Source of the DNA: an uncultured virus (IMG/VR IMGVR_UViG_3300035681_000004)
Lineage: Duplodnaviria > Heunggongvirae > Uroviricota > Caudoviricetes
Reading direction: 5' to 3' (one strand)
IMG/VR virus record: IMGVR_UViG_3300035681_000004
Length of the DNA: 64,000 nt
Shown here: positions 46,380-57,900 of the stretch, one piece after another
Numbering within the stretch: position 1 is the first letter of the stretch
Layout: every line of letters starts with the position of its first letter
Position numbers and translations under genes: made by a program
The notes under the pieces: model-generated
Seen by the model: only the letters and a program-made list of their open reading frames with translations
What the model was told of the DNA's origin: nothing
Databases searched by the model: none

Positions 46380-47327
46380 TCAACCACCGATTAAACCAGA
46401 ATCATCTGACTCTTCGGTAGTGATTTCCGAAACTTCTTCAGTTTCTTCTACCTCATCGGTATCTTGTACGACTCTCCAGAACTCAGTGTTCTTGCACTTC
46501 TCTAGAATTTCTTCTGAGAGAATTTCTTCTGGACTTGGTGCAGTTGATTTTACAACTGGACGTACTTCGTGCATATCAGCAAATCCATAAACCATACCAT
46601 CATTCTCACGATTTTCATTCTTAAGATTATCAAAGGTATGTTCAAATGGTTCTTCACCCAAGAACTCATAAAGTTTTTGAATAGTTTCCTGAGGATTGGT
46701 TGTTAACTCACGATACTCTACAAAGTGCAGTGATTCATCATAACCTTCCATTAGTGCTTTTCTGAGTCCTTCTACCGACTGACCAAGAATACCTGCAGGG
46801 CTTGCAAGCAGTTCGCAACGATTATCATCCGTCAGAGGAATGTTATTCTTGATGAGCATTTCATCAATGAAGTTAATACGTCCATCAACCTGATAAGGAT
46901 TGCGACGAATCATTGAGATAAACGAAGTCAGAATCTCTGCAGTGTCACGAACAGGGCAGATAACCTTAGGTGGAACATCAAAGTAACCAGGAATATATTC
47001 CATACGAACAGTCCAAGAACGGTTCTTATCGAAAATTACTGGTTCTGGACGATCACCATAAAACTGGGGAAGAACTGAAGCAATGATTTCTCTTGCTTGT
47101 TGTGGTTTTGGATAACCCAGATACAGTTCATCATTGGCAAGGCTATTCTCCAGAGCAATCATTGTAGGTACTACAGGAGAGCTAGGTCCAGAATAAAATC
47201 TTGGATTCTGGTTTAGAATTGACGAAAGCAGTGTGCTTCCAGACCTTGGAAGACCTGCCATAAAATAGAATGTTTTATTCATTCTGCTCATTTCCTCACG
47301 GATAATTTCTTTAATCATTTCCTTCAT
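46380..47327 (-). CDS. Sulfotransferase family protein
   Basis: PAPS-binding AGLPRSGSTLL, DKNRSW, CPVRD..ILTS. Confidence 0.85.
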   Translation of the reverse strand: MKEMIKEIIREEMSRMNKTFYFMAGLPRSGSTLLSSILNQNPRFYSGPSSPVVPTMIALENSLANDELYLGYPKPQQAREIIASVLPQFYGDRPEPVIFDKNRSWTVRMEYIPGYFDVPPKVICPVRDTAEILTSFISMIRRNPYQVDGRINFIDEMLIKNNIPLTDDNRCELLASPAGILGQSVEGLRKALMEGYDESLHFVEYRELTTNPQETIQKLYEFLGEEPFEHTFDNLKNENRENDGMVYGFADMHEVRPVVKSTAPSPEEILSEEILEKCKNTEFWRVVQDTDEVEETEEVSEITTEESDDSGLIGG

Positions 47328-47342
47328 TGGTTTTTAATCCTC

Positions 47343-48251
47343 CTATTGTTTGTCGATAGATGCAATGACTTTATCAAAATCATAAAGTTCTTCTTGTTCT
47401 CCAAATGGATACTCTACTTCGTTTCCATTGAAATCAAAATCAAAAAAGTAACTTCCTGGAAGTTTAAAGTCATATGGAATTTCGGTGCAGATATTATCGT
47501 GCATTTCATAACCAAAAACTTTCGGACTCGTGCCGCTCCAAAGAACTGTAGAGGGTAATCTTAATGCTGCTGCTGCGTGTTGCATACAGGAGTCGATTAA
47601 GATTCTCTTCTTACTATGTATAAGAATACTAAAAAGTTCGATGAGAGATAGTGAACTTTCTGGAGTTGCAAAAATTGGATAAGCATCCTCCAGTTTTGGA
47701 GAGTTCAATTTGGTAATTTGATAAATGTGATACTTGTCCTTGTAATGATCTACAATTCTCTGTGCCAGTTCAAATGGCATATCACGAGTCCAGGAATATG
47801 GTTTGGCATCTGTCGTCATCATACCTCCATTGGTATGAATGACCATTACAGGTTTTTTACCCTTGCACCAAACTTCTCTGGAAATATTTTTCTGAAGATT
47901 ATTAAACTTCAGTTCTGGTTTTTCATTATTAAATTTAAGATTATATAACTTACACCAATTTTCAATCAGTGGAAGTTTCTTGTGAATATGGTCCGTTGTA
48001 TAATAAGGTTCGTGTTGGAAGATGAGTGAGTCCTTATCACGAATATAATTCTGATAGAAGTAACTCGTATTTCCTAATTGATAGACACGATCAACAAAAG
48101 AAATGTTGATAAAGATTTCTGTGTAGACGCAAACTACAATTAACTTCCTATCAGGATAATTGTTTTTAATACACTTTGCGACTGCTGTTGCTGCAATGTG
48201 CTTTCCGATTCCACCCTGAACGTGGAATATGCAGTACTTTTTAGAACTCAT
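47343..48251 (-). CDS. GT-B glycosyltransferase (GT9/heptosyltransferase-like)
   Basis: GGIGK..A; IDSCMQHAAAAL..PSTVLW..FGY. Confidence 0.7.
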   Translation of the reverse strand: MSSKKYCIFHVQGGIGKHIAATAVAKCIKNNYPDRKLIVVCVYTEIFINISFVDRVYQLGNTSYFYQNYIRDKDSLIFQHEPYYTTDHIHKKLPLIENWCKLYNLKFNNEKPELKFNNLQKNISREVWCKGKKPVMVIHTNGGMMTTDAKPYSWTRDMPFELAQRIVDHYKDKYHIYQITKLNSPKLEDAYPIFATPESSLSLIELFSILIHSKKRILIDSCMQHAAAALRLPSTVLWSGTSPKVFGYEMHDNICTEIPYDFKLPGSYFFDFDFNGNEVEYPFGEQEELYDFDKVIASIDKQ

Positions 48252-48297
48252 AAAAATTTCAATTCATTCTATATTATGTATAAGAGATTTAAAACGC

Positions 48298-48873
48298 TTA
48301 AAGTTGAAACGTGGTTCGGATTTCTTCTATTAAATCCTGGTCCTTTGATACCACACCAAGACCATAAGAGCAGGTGAAATTGACCTTAGGTAGATTCAAT
48401 TCTGCAAAAAATCTATCGACTTCATATCCTGGTTTTTGAACAAAGGTATCGTGAAATAAAATCACACCATCGTCTTTTACAAATTTGCTCCAGGTATCAT
48501 AATCATTCTTCACTGCTTGATAAGTGTGATAACCATCAATGTGTAGAATATCAATTGGATGCTTCCATTGTTTTGCAACCATTCCAAAGTAACCTTTTAC
48601 AAACTTAACGTGATTGAATTGAAGTTCTTTTTTCTTTTGCTTGACATATTCAAACGTGTTTTTAAATCCTACCATTGGATCTCCTTCAAAGCAATCGATA
48701 CCATATACTGTACCGATCTTTGGTAGAGCAAAGCAGAATGTTGAATAACCAAAATCAACACCTAGATCTACAGTCACTTCTGGATTTTTTCTGTTAACAA
48801 TCCATTGGGCAAATGTAATATGATCAGTCCAACCCGTTGGAACTTGTTCTATAATGCGAAGTTCGTTTTCCAT
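48298..48873 (-). CDS. Class I SAM-dependent methyltransferase (Methyltransf_24-like)
   Basis: VDLGVDFGYS; IDILHIDGYHTY..VKND; GVILFHD. Confidence 0.85.
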   Translation of the reverse strand: MENELRIIEQVPTGWTDHITFAQWIVNRKNPEVTVDLGVDFGYSTFCFALPKIGTVYGIDCFEGDPMVGFKNTFEYVKQKKKELQFNHVKFVKGYFGMVAKQWKHPIDILHIDGYHTYQAVKNDYDTWSKFVKDDGVILFHDTFVQKPGYEVDRFFAELNLPKVNFTCSYGLGVVSKDQDLIEEIRTTFQL

Positions 48874-49613
48874 TAGTATCCAAAAATATTTGTTTTAGGT
48901 TGAAGAGTATGTTTTATAATGTCCCATTGCTTTGCACCCTTAAAGTGATTGTACTGATAGGCATTATGTGTGTCCAGATCAATTCGTTTTTGTATCGGAC
49001 CTTTTTTGATTCCAAGAGTTTTTGAAATTTCACCACTGATCTTATTGGTTTTCAGAGCATAAATGTTCTCACAGTTCTGAATTAAGTAGTCATCACCATA
49101 CCAGACCTTATAAAGGCTTGGAATGACTTTGTACTTGGAGCGTTTGATAAACATACAAACACCAAATGCATAACTCTGACTTCCAATCGGTCTGTTCTTT
49201 AGAATATTCAGTTTGATCAGTTCGTCTGATTGATCTGGTTGATGTGCGATATGAAAGTTATCAACACTTCCTTTCAGATAAGAACCAATGATATCAATAT
49301 TCTCCATATCCAATGTGGAGATATAATTGAAGATACCTTCTTCTACAAAGACATCATCATTCAAAATGCATAGAACATCTGAATTGGAACGATAGTAACC
49401 TTCATTCCAAGCAGGATTCACATAGATGTTTTTGTTGTAGCAAACCAATTTAATCTTTGGATGCTGAAGAATCGGATCATTAGGTCTTTTGGATTTTTGA
49501 TTATCGATTAAAATAATCGAATTAACTGCTGAGAATTCACAGTATTGTTTCAGATAATCGATAAAATTTTCCACACACCACATTGTAGGTGTTACAATAT
49601 CAATGGAGTTCAT
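48873..49613 (-). CDS. GT-A (family 2-like) glycosyltransferase
   Basis: IILIDN; NIYVNPAWNEG; ILNDDV; WYGDD. Confidence 0.8.
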   Translation of the reverse strand: MNSIDIVTPTMWCVENFIDYLKQYCEFSAVNSIILIDNQKSKRPNDPILQHPKIKLVCYNKNIYVNPAWNEGYYRSNSDVLCILNDDVFVEEGIFNYISTLDMENIDIIGSYLKGSVDNFHIAHQPDQSDELIKLNILKNRPIGSQSYAFGVCMFIKRSKYKVIPSLYKVWYGDDYLIQNCENIYALKTNKISGEISKTLGIKKGPIQKRIDLDTHNAYQYNHFKGAKQWDIIKHTLQPKTNIFGY

Positions 49614-50248
49614 AGGTTATATGACTTTTGAAAATCGCCTTTAAACTTTTTGGTTCCAATATGTGTCACCGTATGTGTTGGATTTAACCAAATCTGGTAA
49701 CCAAGTTCTTTGATCTTTTCGCAGAGAACAATATCTTCTCCGTGAAAACTATCATTAATGACTGTGTATTCGCAAATGTACTTTAGTGGTCTGCCTCGAA
49801 ATTCACAGACAGGATTGCTCTCCCATAGGTCACGAATGACTTTCTGTGAGAGTTTTAGGAATCCAGTACCACAGCGTCCAATCTTCAGGTATCCATCCGT
49901 GTCTGGTTCTTTCTGAACATCATAGACATTGTACTGGATTTTTTTATCACCTTTATTAACAACTGGAACTGCTACTACGTCTTTTGGAGAATTCACGATA
50001 TTCAGAAGAACTTTTGGATCCCATTCTTCGTCATCATCAATAAAGACCATTGCATCATAGCGTTCTCTATAGGCAAGATTCAGAAGTTCATTTCTTGCCA
50101 TTGGTAGAATGCTCTCATTAGCAAGAAACACTGGTTGGAACATTATATCGTTCGCAAGACCAAGTTTTGTACTTTCATATAATGAATTAACAAACCAGGC
50201 ATCAACCTTGCCATCAAGGCACGGCGTTGCAATTAATACTCTTTTCAT
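49610..50248 (-). CDS. GT-A glycosyltransferase-like protein
   Basis: VLIATP; ARNEL; FIDDD; GTGFL; GEDIVLC; HIG. Confidence 0.75.
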   Translation of the reverse strand: MKRVLIATPCLDGKVDAWFVNSLYESTKLGLANDIMFQPVFLANESILPMARNELLNLAYRERYDAMVFIDDDEEWDPKVLLNIVNSPKDVVAVPVVNKGDKKIQYNVYDVQKEPDTDGYLKIGRCGTGFLKLSQKVIRDLWESNPVCEFRGRPLKYICEYTVINDSFHGEDIVLCEKIKELGYQIWLNPTHTVTHIGTKKFKGDFQKSYNL

Positions 50249-50267
50249 TTGGAATAATGATGTATCT

Positions 50268-50543
50268 TTAAGTATTTAGTTTGTTCTCCAGAGCCTCTAT
50301 TCTTGCTTTCAGGTCTTGGTTTTCAGTATCAAGTTGTTTCACAGCATTAATCAAATACCAAGTTAAATTAGAAGTATCAACACTATAAACACCAGTACTT
50401 TCTTGCTTAACAATTTCTGGTAGTACTTCCGATGCTTCTTGAGCAATTAAACCAATTTGTACTCCTTCTTTATTAATTGCAGTGTGCTCTGGAAGTTCAG
50501 TGATTTCTTCTGGTTTGCGGTATTCATTCAAGAGTTTCAACAT
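50268..50543 (-). pseudogene. Orphan C-terminal part of an S74 intramolecular chaperone domain
   Basis: EYRKPEE..IGLIAQE..VLPEIV..LINAVKQL..LKARIEALE, lacking the SDxRLK start. Confidence 0.6.
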
Positions 50544-50997
50544 TCCAAGGAGTTGCTGGCCTCATTGTAGGTTGTTCAGCATTTAGACCATAAAAAGATT
50601 GAATTTTTTTAGCAACAGTATTCTTTAACTGTTCTTTTTCAGATTCTTCTAATAGAGTTTCAATCCAACCAACCACGATTTCTGGGGTGAGATCTTCAAA
50701 TGGAACAAAATTATTCCAATCAATTGGTCTAATATACTTTACCGAAACAATTTTCTTAATTTCATTTCCATTTTCATCTAATAGAATGTTCCCATTGTTA
50801 TCAATTATTGTCTGTTCTTCATCTTGATATACAATCTCTTCAAATGGCAATTTAAAATCAAAAACTTCGGTTGTATTGAATCCATTTTCATCTTCTCCAC
50901 GAATGTATGCTTTGATATATTCAACTGCACCATCAGGGGATTGATTTGTTTCATCAACTTTTAATTGACAAATATGATAAGTATAAGTAATACTCAT
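50524..50997 (-). CDS. Putative tail-fibre assembly/accessory protein
   Basis: ITYTY..; NFVPFEDLTPEIVVGWI; terminal PW; follows fibre gene. Confidence 0.55.
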   Translation of the reverse strand: MSITYTYHICQLKVDETNQSPDGAVEYIKAYIRGEDENGFNTTEVFDFKLPFEEIVYQDEEQTIIDNNGNILLDENGNEIKKIVSVKYIRPIDWNNFVPFEDLTPEIVVGWIETLLEESEKEQLKNTVAKKIQSFYGLNAEQPTMRPATPWNVETLE

Positions 50998-51038
50998 ATT
51001 CCTAATTTCCTTTGATTTTTGTATTTATTCAGACAAAT

Positions 51039-54000
51039 TTATAAATTATATCCAGCAGAAATAGCTGCAACTGTCCAGTTTCCTGAACCGCAATTGACAG
51101 TTAACGTATTTGATCCAGATTGTCCAAAAGTTACAAAATCAGTATCGCCAGAAATAAATGTGCTTCCTGGTGTATTATTTCCAGTAATATAAAACTGAAC
51201 TCGATAAATTGCAGAATCACCAGATGTTCCATCAGAGGTATTTCTACTAGCTAAAACTAACATTGTTGCTCCACCGTTACTCTGATTTACTGACAATCCA
51301 GTATCGATAACAGTGTTACCAGAACTAGATGCAACTTCTCTTAATTGAGCTGTGTATGCTGCACCACCAGCTCTTACTACACCACTAAGTGTTATGGATC
51401 CAGCGACCTGCAACTTATAAATAGTTGGATTTGTAAGACCTATACCAACATTACCACTACTAGTACCATAAATCCAGTTCACACCACCAGCACCAATCGC
51501 TAACTGACAGCTACCAGTTGCTGATGGAACTTGTGTATTGTTTCCAAGAGCAATATTATTAGAACCAGTGGTAACAGAGCATCCTGCATAATGACCTAAG
51601 AATGTGTTGCAAGAACCAAAAGTATTAAGGCATCCAGCATTCGCTCCTATAAAGTTATTGTTGGATCCTGTGGTGTTACAACGTCCTGCAAGTGATCCTA
51701 TAAAGTTGTTGTTGTTTCCGGTAGTATTTTTTTGCCCCGCATAACGACCCATAAAGATATTGCAACTTCCAAAAGTATTAAAAGCTCCAGCACACTGTCC
51801 TATGAAGTTATTGTTGGATCCTGTGGTGTTTTTACCACCCGCATACCAACCAAAAAAGTTGTTACAAGAACCAGTAGTATTGCAATAACCGGCAGCAAAT
51901 CCAATAAAGTTATTGGCAGATCCAGTTGTATTAAAAGAACCTGCACGACATCCAAAGAAATTATTACAATTTCCAGTGGTGTTATAGTAACCAGCATAAA
52001 ATCCAAAAAAGTTATTGTGACATCCAAAAGTATTAGAAAATCCAGCATTATTGCCTATAAAGTTATTGTTGGATCCAGTAGTGTTACATAGTCCAGCATT
52101 AATACCAAAGAAGTTATTATAACAACCAAAAGTATTCGAATATCCAGCACACTGTCCTATAAAGACGTTGCTGTTTCCTGTGGTGTTACAGATACCAGCA
52201 CATAAACCGAAGAAGTTATTATTACTTCCTGTGGTATTACGATATCCAGCAGCACACCCTATGAAGTTGTTGAAACTACCAAAGGTATTAAACTCTCCTG
52301 CTTCACGACCAATAAAGTTATTGGAATTTCCTGTGGTATTGCAGCATCCAGCAAGATATCCAAAGAAGTTATTAGCACTACCAGTAGTGTTAGCAAATCC
52401 AGCACATCTTCCTATAAAGTTATTGTCTACTCCTGTGGTATTACTATACCCTCCAGCATATCCAAAGAAGTTGTTATTAGATCCAGTTGTATTACGAAAT
52501 CCTGTGTCTTGTCCAAAGAAATTATTGCAACTTCCTGTGGTGCTGCAACGTCCCGCATTAACTCCAAAATAGTTATTACGAGATCCTGTGGTATTAAGAC
52601 ATCCAGCATCACGACCAATAAAGTTATTGAAGGATCCAGTGTCGTTGCATCTTCCTGCTTTATATCCACCAAAGAAGTTATGACATCCTGTAGTATTGCA
52701 ATATCCTGCACTGGCACCTAAAAATGTATTGTAAGATCCAAAGGTATTAAATTGCCCTGTAAGTTGACCTATGAAAACATTAAATCCACCGGTGGTATTA
52801 CATCTTCCAGCAGAGCGACCAAAAAATACGTTATAGCAACCAGTAGTATTTTTTTGCCCAGCATAAGGACCCATAAAGATATTACAACTTCCAGTGGTGT
52901 TACAACTTCCTGCTTGATTACCTACAAAAACATTACTACTTCCAGTGGTGTTGGTGCATCCAGCATTATATCCACCGAAGAAATTATGATTTCCAGTGGT
53001 ATTTGAAAATCCAGCAGCACGACCTATAAAGTTATTATTGGTTCCAATTGTATTATTCTGCCCTGCATAAGGTCCAATAAAATTATTTCTACTTCCAGTG
53101 GTGTTACATAATCCTACATTAATACCAAAGAAATTATTTTGATTTCCAAAAGTATTAGAATATCCAGCACAGAAACCTATAAAGTTATTGTTGGATCCTG
53201 TGGTATTAGAAAGACCAGCATTTTGTCCAAAGAAGTTATTAAAAGATCCAGAAATATTATAAACACCTGTACTATTTCCTACAAAGAAATTATGAGATCC
53301 AAATGTATTGCAACGACCAGTGGCACGACCAATAAACGTATTATTACTTCCAGTTGTATTTGCTTGACCTGCAAGAGATCCAATGAAAACATTACGAGTT
53401 CCTGTTGTATTGCACTGCCCAACACAGTCACCAATAAAGTTATTATGACATCCAAAAGTATTCGAAAATCCAGCACATAATCCAATAAAGTTGTTGTTGG
53501 ATCCTGTGGTGTTATATCTTCCAGCATTACGACCAATAAAATTATTATTCTGTCCAATAGTGTTGCAGTATCCTGCCTCACGCCCTATGAAGTTATTGTT
53601 GGATCCTGTGGTGTTGTATCTTCCAGCATTACGACCAAAGAAGTTATTATAACAACCAGTAGTATTATACTGCCCCGCAAAGACACCAAAGAAGTTATTA
53701 TAAGCACCGAAAGTATTAGAAAATCCTGCACTATTTCCTATGAAGTTGTTGTGGTTTCCTGTGGCGTTACAATGTCCAGCAGATCTTCCAATAAAATTAT
53801 TAGAACTACCAGTGGTATTATTACGCCCTGCATTATATCCACCAAAGAAGTTATGACATCCAGTGGTGTTACAGCGTCCAGCAAGAAATCCAAAGAAATT
53901 GTTATAAGAACCAATAGTATTAATACATCCTGATTGAGTTCCAATAAAATTATTATGATTTCCAGTAGTATTATTGATTCCAGCACACTGTCCAAAGAAG

Positions 54001-54896
54001 TTATTATAGCTTCCAGTAGTATTAGAAAATCCAGATTGCCTACCTAAGAAGTTGTTGTTGTTTCCTGTAGTGTTAGAACATCCTGCTTGAATACCAAAGA
54101 AGTTATTATAGCAACCAAAGGTATTATTGCGCCCAGCACAGTTGCCTATAAAGTTATTGTTGGATCCTGTGGTATTGCAAAGTCCAGAAGAATTGCCAAA
54201 GAAGTTATTATGATTTCCATTGGTGTTATTATATCCAGCACATAATCCTATAAAGGTATTATTGTTTCCTGTGGTATTATTAAATCCTGCTCGGGAACCT
54301 AAGAAGTTATTGCAACTTCCAGTGGTGTTTAAACGTCCAGCACCACATCCAAAGAAGTTATTATAACTTCCAATAGTATTATAACCTCCTGCAGCATTAC
54401 CAAAGAAGTTATTATTACTTCCAGTGGTGCTGCACCATCCAGCATAATAACCAAAGAAGTTATTGCAACAACCAAAAGTATTAGAACGTCCAGCAGCATA
54501 TCCAATGAAGTTATTATGACATCCAGTAGTATTACTTCTACCAGCACCAACACCAGCAAAGAAGTTATCCGTACCACCACTTAAACTACCACCAGTTGTT
54601 GTATCACCAATTCTGATATTGGCAGTAGAACCAAAAGATACTTGAGTGAATGTAGCAACACCAGTGATATTCAGGTCAGTGAAAGTATTAGGTCCAATTG
54701 AAATCGAACTTTCAATGGTTGCTGCAGTAACGGCATCTAATGAAGCAATGTTCTGTAACTGCCTTGCACTTGAAACAATCTGAGTTGAACCAATACTTAA
54801 CGAATTTGCAGTTACAATACCTGCAGTGTTAATATTTTCTACAACTAGATTTGCGCCTGTTTCAATACCAGCAGCGTTAACCTTCGTGAATGCCAT
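51039..54896 (-). CDS. Giant repeat fibre protein A, 1285 aa, no S74 domain
   Basis: Roughly 70 14-aa repeats NTTGxxNxFxGxxAG; TATAAATA at 54911-54918. Confidence 0.8.
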   Translation of the reverse strand: MAFTKVNAAGIETGANLVVENINTAGIVTANSLSIGSTQIVSSARQLQNIASLDAVTAATIESSISIGPNTFTDLNITGVATFTQVSFGSTANIRIGDTTTGGSLSGGTDNFFAGVGAGRSNTTGCHNNFIGYAAGRSNTFGCCNNFFGYYAGWCSTTGSNNNFFGNAAGGYNTIGSYNNFFGCGAGRLNTTGSCNNFLGSRAGFNNTTGNNNTFIGLCAGYNNTNGNHNNFFGNSSGLCNTTGSNNNFIGNCAGRNNTFGCYNNFFGIQAGCSNTTGNNNNFLGRQSGFSNTTGSYNNFFGQCAGINNTTGNHNNFIGTQSGCINTIGSYNNFFGFLAGRCNTTGCHNFFGGYNAGRNNTTGSSNNFIGRSAGHCNATGNHNNFIGNSAGFSNTFGAYNNFFGVFAGQYNTTGCYNNFFGRNAGRYNTTGSNNNFIGREAGYCNTIGQNNNFIGRNAGRYNTTGSNNNFIGLCAGFSNTFGCHNNFIGDCVGQCNTTGTRNVFIGSLAGQANTTGSNNTFIGRATGRCNTFGSHNFFVGNSTGVYNISGSFNNFFGQNAGLSNTTGSNNNFIGFCAGYSNTFGNQNNFFGINVGLCNTTGSRNNFIGPYAGQNNTIGTNNNFIGRAAGFSNTTGNHNFFGGYNAGCTNTTGSSNVFVGNQAGSCNTTGSCNIFMGPYAGQKNTTGCYNVFFGRSAGRCNTTGGFNVFIGQLTGQFNTFGSYNTFLGASAGYCNTTGCHNFFGGYKAGRCNDTGSFNNFIGRDAGCLNTTGSRNNYFGVNAGRCSTTGSCNNFFGQDTGFRNTTGSNNNFFGYAGGYSNTTGVDNNFIGRCAGFANTTGSANNFFGYLAGCCNTTGNSNNFIGREAGEFNTFGSFNNFIGCAAGYRNTTGSNNNFFGLCAGICNTTGNSNVFIGQCAGYSNTFGCYNNFFGINAGLCNTTGSNNNFIGNNAGFSNTFGCHNNFFGFYAGYYNTTGNCNNFFGCRAGSFNTTGSANNFIGFAAGYCNTTGSCNNFFGWYAGGKNTTGSNNNFIGQCAGAFNTFGSCNIFMGRYAGQKNTTGNNNNFIGSLAGRCNTTGSNNNFIGANAGCLNTFGSCNTFLGHYAGCSVTTGSNNIALGNNTQVPSATGSCQLAIGAGGVNWIYGTSSGNVGIGLTNPTIYKLQVAGSITLSGVVRAGGAAYTAQLREVASSSGNTVIDTGLSVNQSNGGATMLVLASRNTSDGTSGDSAIYRVQFYITGNNTPGSTFISGDTDFVTFGQSGSNTLTVNCGSGNWTVAAISAGYNL

Positions 54897-54913
54897 TATG
54901 GTTTTTTATGTAT

Positions 54914-57900
54914 TTATAGACCTGCGGCATCTAAACGCTTAAGAACTTCTTTTAATGTATTTCTGAGTTCTGTGTTTTCTTGGTCGAGTTCTTGAATCGC
55001 TTTAATCAGAATAGGAATAAAGTTGGTCTTATAAATTCCTAAACTATCAGGTGCATTGTCGTCTACTAATCTGAGGTAATCTGCATTGTATTCTTCTTGG
55101 ACTGCTTGGACTTCTTGTGCAATTAAACCTGCTTCTTCCTTGCCTTGTGGAGGCAACTTCTTCTTCTCTTCGTCACGGAAGTCCCACTGGAATTTAACTG
55201 GTCTGAGTTTTCCTAAGAAATCTTTTCCTTGTGGTAGGTTTTGAATATTGATTTTATCTCTACCGTCAGAAGTGTTACCCCAAGCACTAAATGCACCACT
55301 GTAGCAGGCAGCAGTCGCATTACCAGAAGAGATGACGACTTGGTTGCTGTTGGTTGCTGATGGAACGTTATATGGTCCAAGAACAACGTTACAAGAACCA
55401 ATAGTATTATTGCATCCTGCATATGCACCAATAAAAACATTTTTTATTCCAGTGGTATTTGCTCTTCCAGCACCAATACCCATAAAACTATTGTAACATC
55501 CAGTGCTATTGCAAAGTCCTGCATTAACACCAAAGAATTGATTATATCTTCCACTGGTATTATTCAATCCAGCAACTGTCCCCATAAACTGGTTGTGTCT
55601 ACCAATAGTATTAGAATATCCAGCACAGGTTCCTATAAAGGTGTTGTCGCCTCCTGTAGTGTTGGAATATCCAGCAGTGACACCAAAGAAATTGTTGTTG
55701 GTTCCTGTGGTGTTTGTTTGTCCAGCACGAAGACCAAAGAAAATATTATTAGATCCAGTTGTATTGAAATATCCAGCGTATTTTCCAAAGAAAGTATTAT
55801 AGCAACCAGAAGTATTCGCTAATCCTGCAGCACGACCAAAGAAATTGTTATAAGAACCTGTTGTGTTACATCTACCTGCACTAGATCCAAAGAAGTTATT
55901 AAAGGAACCAGTGGTATTACACCATCCAGCAAGAGCCCCAAAGAAATTATTAAGATCACCAAAAGTATTAGAATATCCAGCACACTGTCCTATAAAGGTG
56001 TTGTTGGATCCTGTGGTGTTGCAACGTCCCGAAAGAAGACCAAAGAAGTTGTTATTAGATCCAGTCGTATTAGAACGTCCAACATCTACTCCAAAGAAGT
56101 TATTATAATTACCAAAAGTATTACTACAACCTGTAGCATCACCAATGAAGTTATTACCATTTCCTGTGGTGTTGCCTTGCCCTGCTCTCCATCCAATAAA
56201 GTTGTTATGAAAACCAAAAGTATTGTTACGTCCTGCACAGGCACCAATAAAGGTATTATTTCCTCCAGTGGTATTAGCGCATCCTGCACATAATCCGAAG
56301 AAAGTATTGCAACTTCCTGTAGTATTACAATATCCTGCAGAAGTGCCAAGGAAATTATTATGAGACCCAGTAGTGTTAAATCTTCCCGCCTCGGCACCAG
56401 AGAAAAAGTTTTGCTCTCCAGTTGTATTTGATGTTCCCGTATTGCGTCCAATAAAAGTATTAAAAAATCCAGTGGTGTTACATTTACCTGCACTTCTTCC
56501 AATAAAAGTATTGTAACAACCAAAAGTATTAGCAAATCCAGCACACTGTCCTATAAAGGTATTGTCTGCTCCTGTGGTGTTGGAGTATCCAGCATTTAAT
56601 CCAAAGAAGTTATTATGACTTCCTGTGGTATTGGAATTTCCAGCAGCATTGCCAAAAAAGTTATTATAGCATCCAGTAGTATTGTAACGTCCAGAAACAT
56701 TGCCAAAGAAGTTATTAAAGCAACCAGTAATGTTGCAACGTCCTGTAAAACGACCAAAGAAGTTATTATAACCACCAAAAGTATTAGAATATCCAGCACA
56801 TAGTCCTATAAAGGTGTTGTGGCATCCAGTGGTGTTGCTATTTCCTGCACGGGACCCAAAGAAGTTATTATAATTACCAAAAGTATTGGAAACTCCCGTA
56901 TTTGGTCCAATGAAATTATTTCTAGACCCAGTAGTATTGCATAAACCTGCATTAAAACCAAAGAAGTTATTATAAGCACCAAAGGTATTGGAATATCCAG
57001 CACAGAATCCTATAAAGTTATTGTGGTTTCCAGTGGTGTTGCTTCTTCCTGCATAATAACCAAAGAAGTTATTATTGGTACCAGTAGTATTAGAAAGTCC
57101 AGAAAATTGCCCAAAGAAATTGTTGCGAATTCCAGTTGTGTTACAGCGACCTGCAGAAGGTCCAAAGAAATTATTAAAGCAACCAAAAGTATTAGAAAGA
57201 CCAGCAAGGGTTCCTATAAAGTTATTATCAGTTCCTGTAGTATTGGAATATCCAGCACATAGACCTATAAAGTTATTGCAATTTCCTGCGGTGTTACTGA
57301 AACCTGCAAATTTTCCAAAGAAATTATTATAACCACCAAAAGTATTAGAATATCCAGCACAGAATCCTATAAAGGTATTGTGATTTCCAGTAGTGTTACA
57401 GAATCCTACTTGAAGTCCAAAGAAGTTATTATTTTCACCAAAAGTATTAGAATATCCAGCACACTGTCCTATAAAGGTATTGTTGGTTCCTGTGGTGTTG
57501 CAAGCACCAGCAAGATATCCAAAGAAGTTATTAAAAGATCCAGTAGTATTTCGATATCCAGCAGCATATCCACCAAAAAAGTTGTTACTTCCAGTAGTGT
57601 TTAATTGACCTGCACGAAACCCAATGAAAATATTGCAGTTTCCTGTCGTATTAGCACAACCTGCATAAAATCCAAAGAAGTTATTATACTTACCAGTGGT
57701 GTTGCAGAGACCAGCAATATTTCCAAAGAAGTTGTTGTGAGATCCTGTAGTATTTTTAAATCCTGCCTGAACACCAAAAAAGGTGTTATCAGTTCCTGTG
57801 GTATTGCATTGTCCTGCAGCACGACCAAAGAAATTATTATTATTTCCAGTGGTATTTTCACGTCCCGCAAGATATCCAAAGAAATTATTATTACTTCCTG

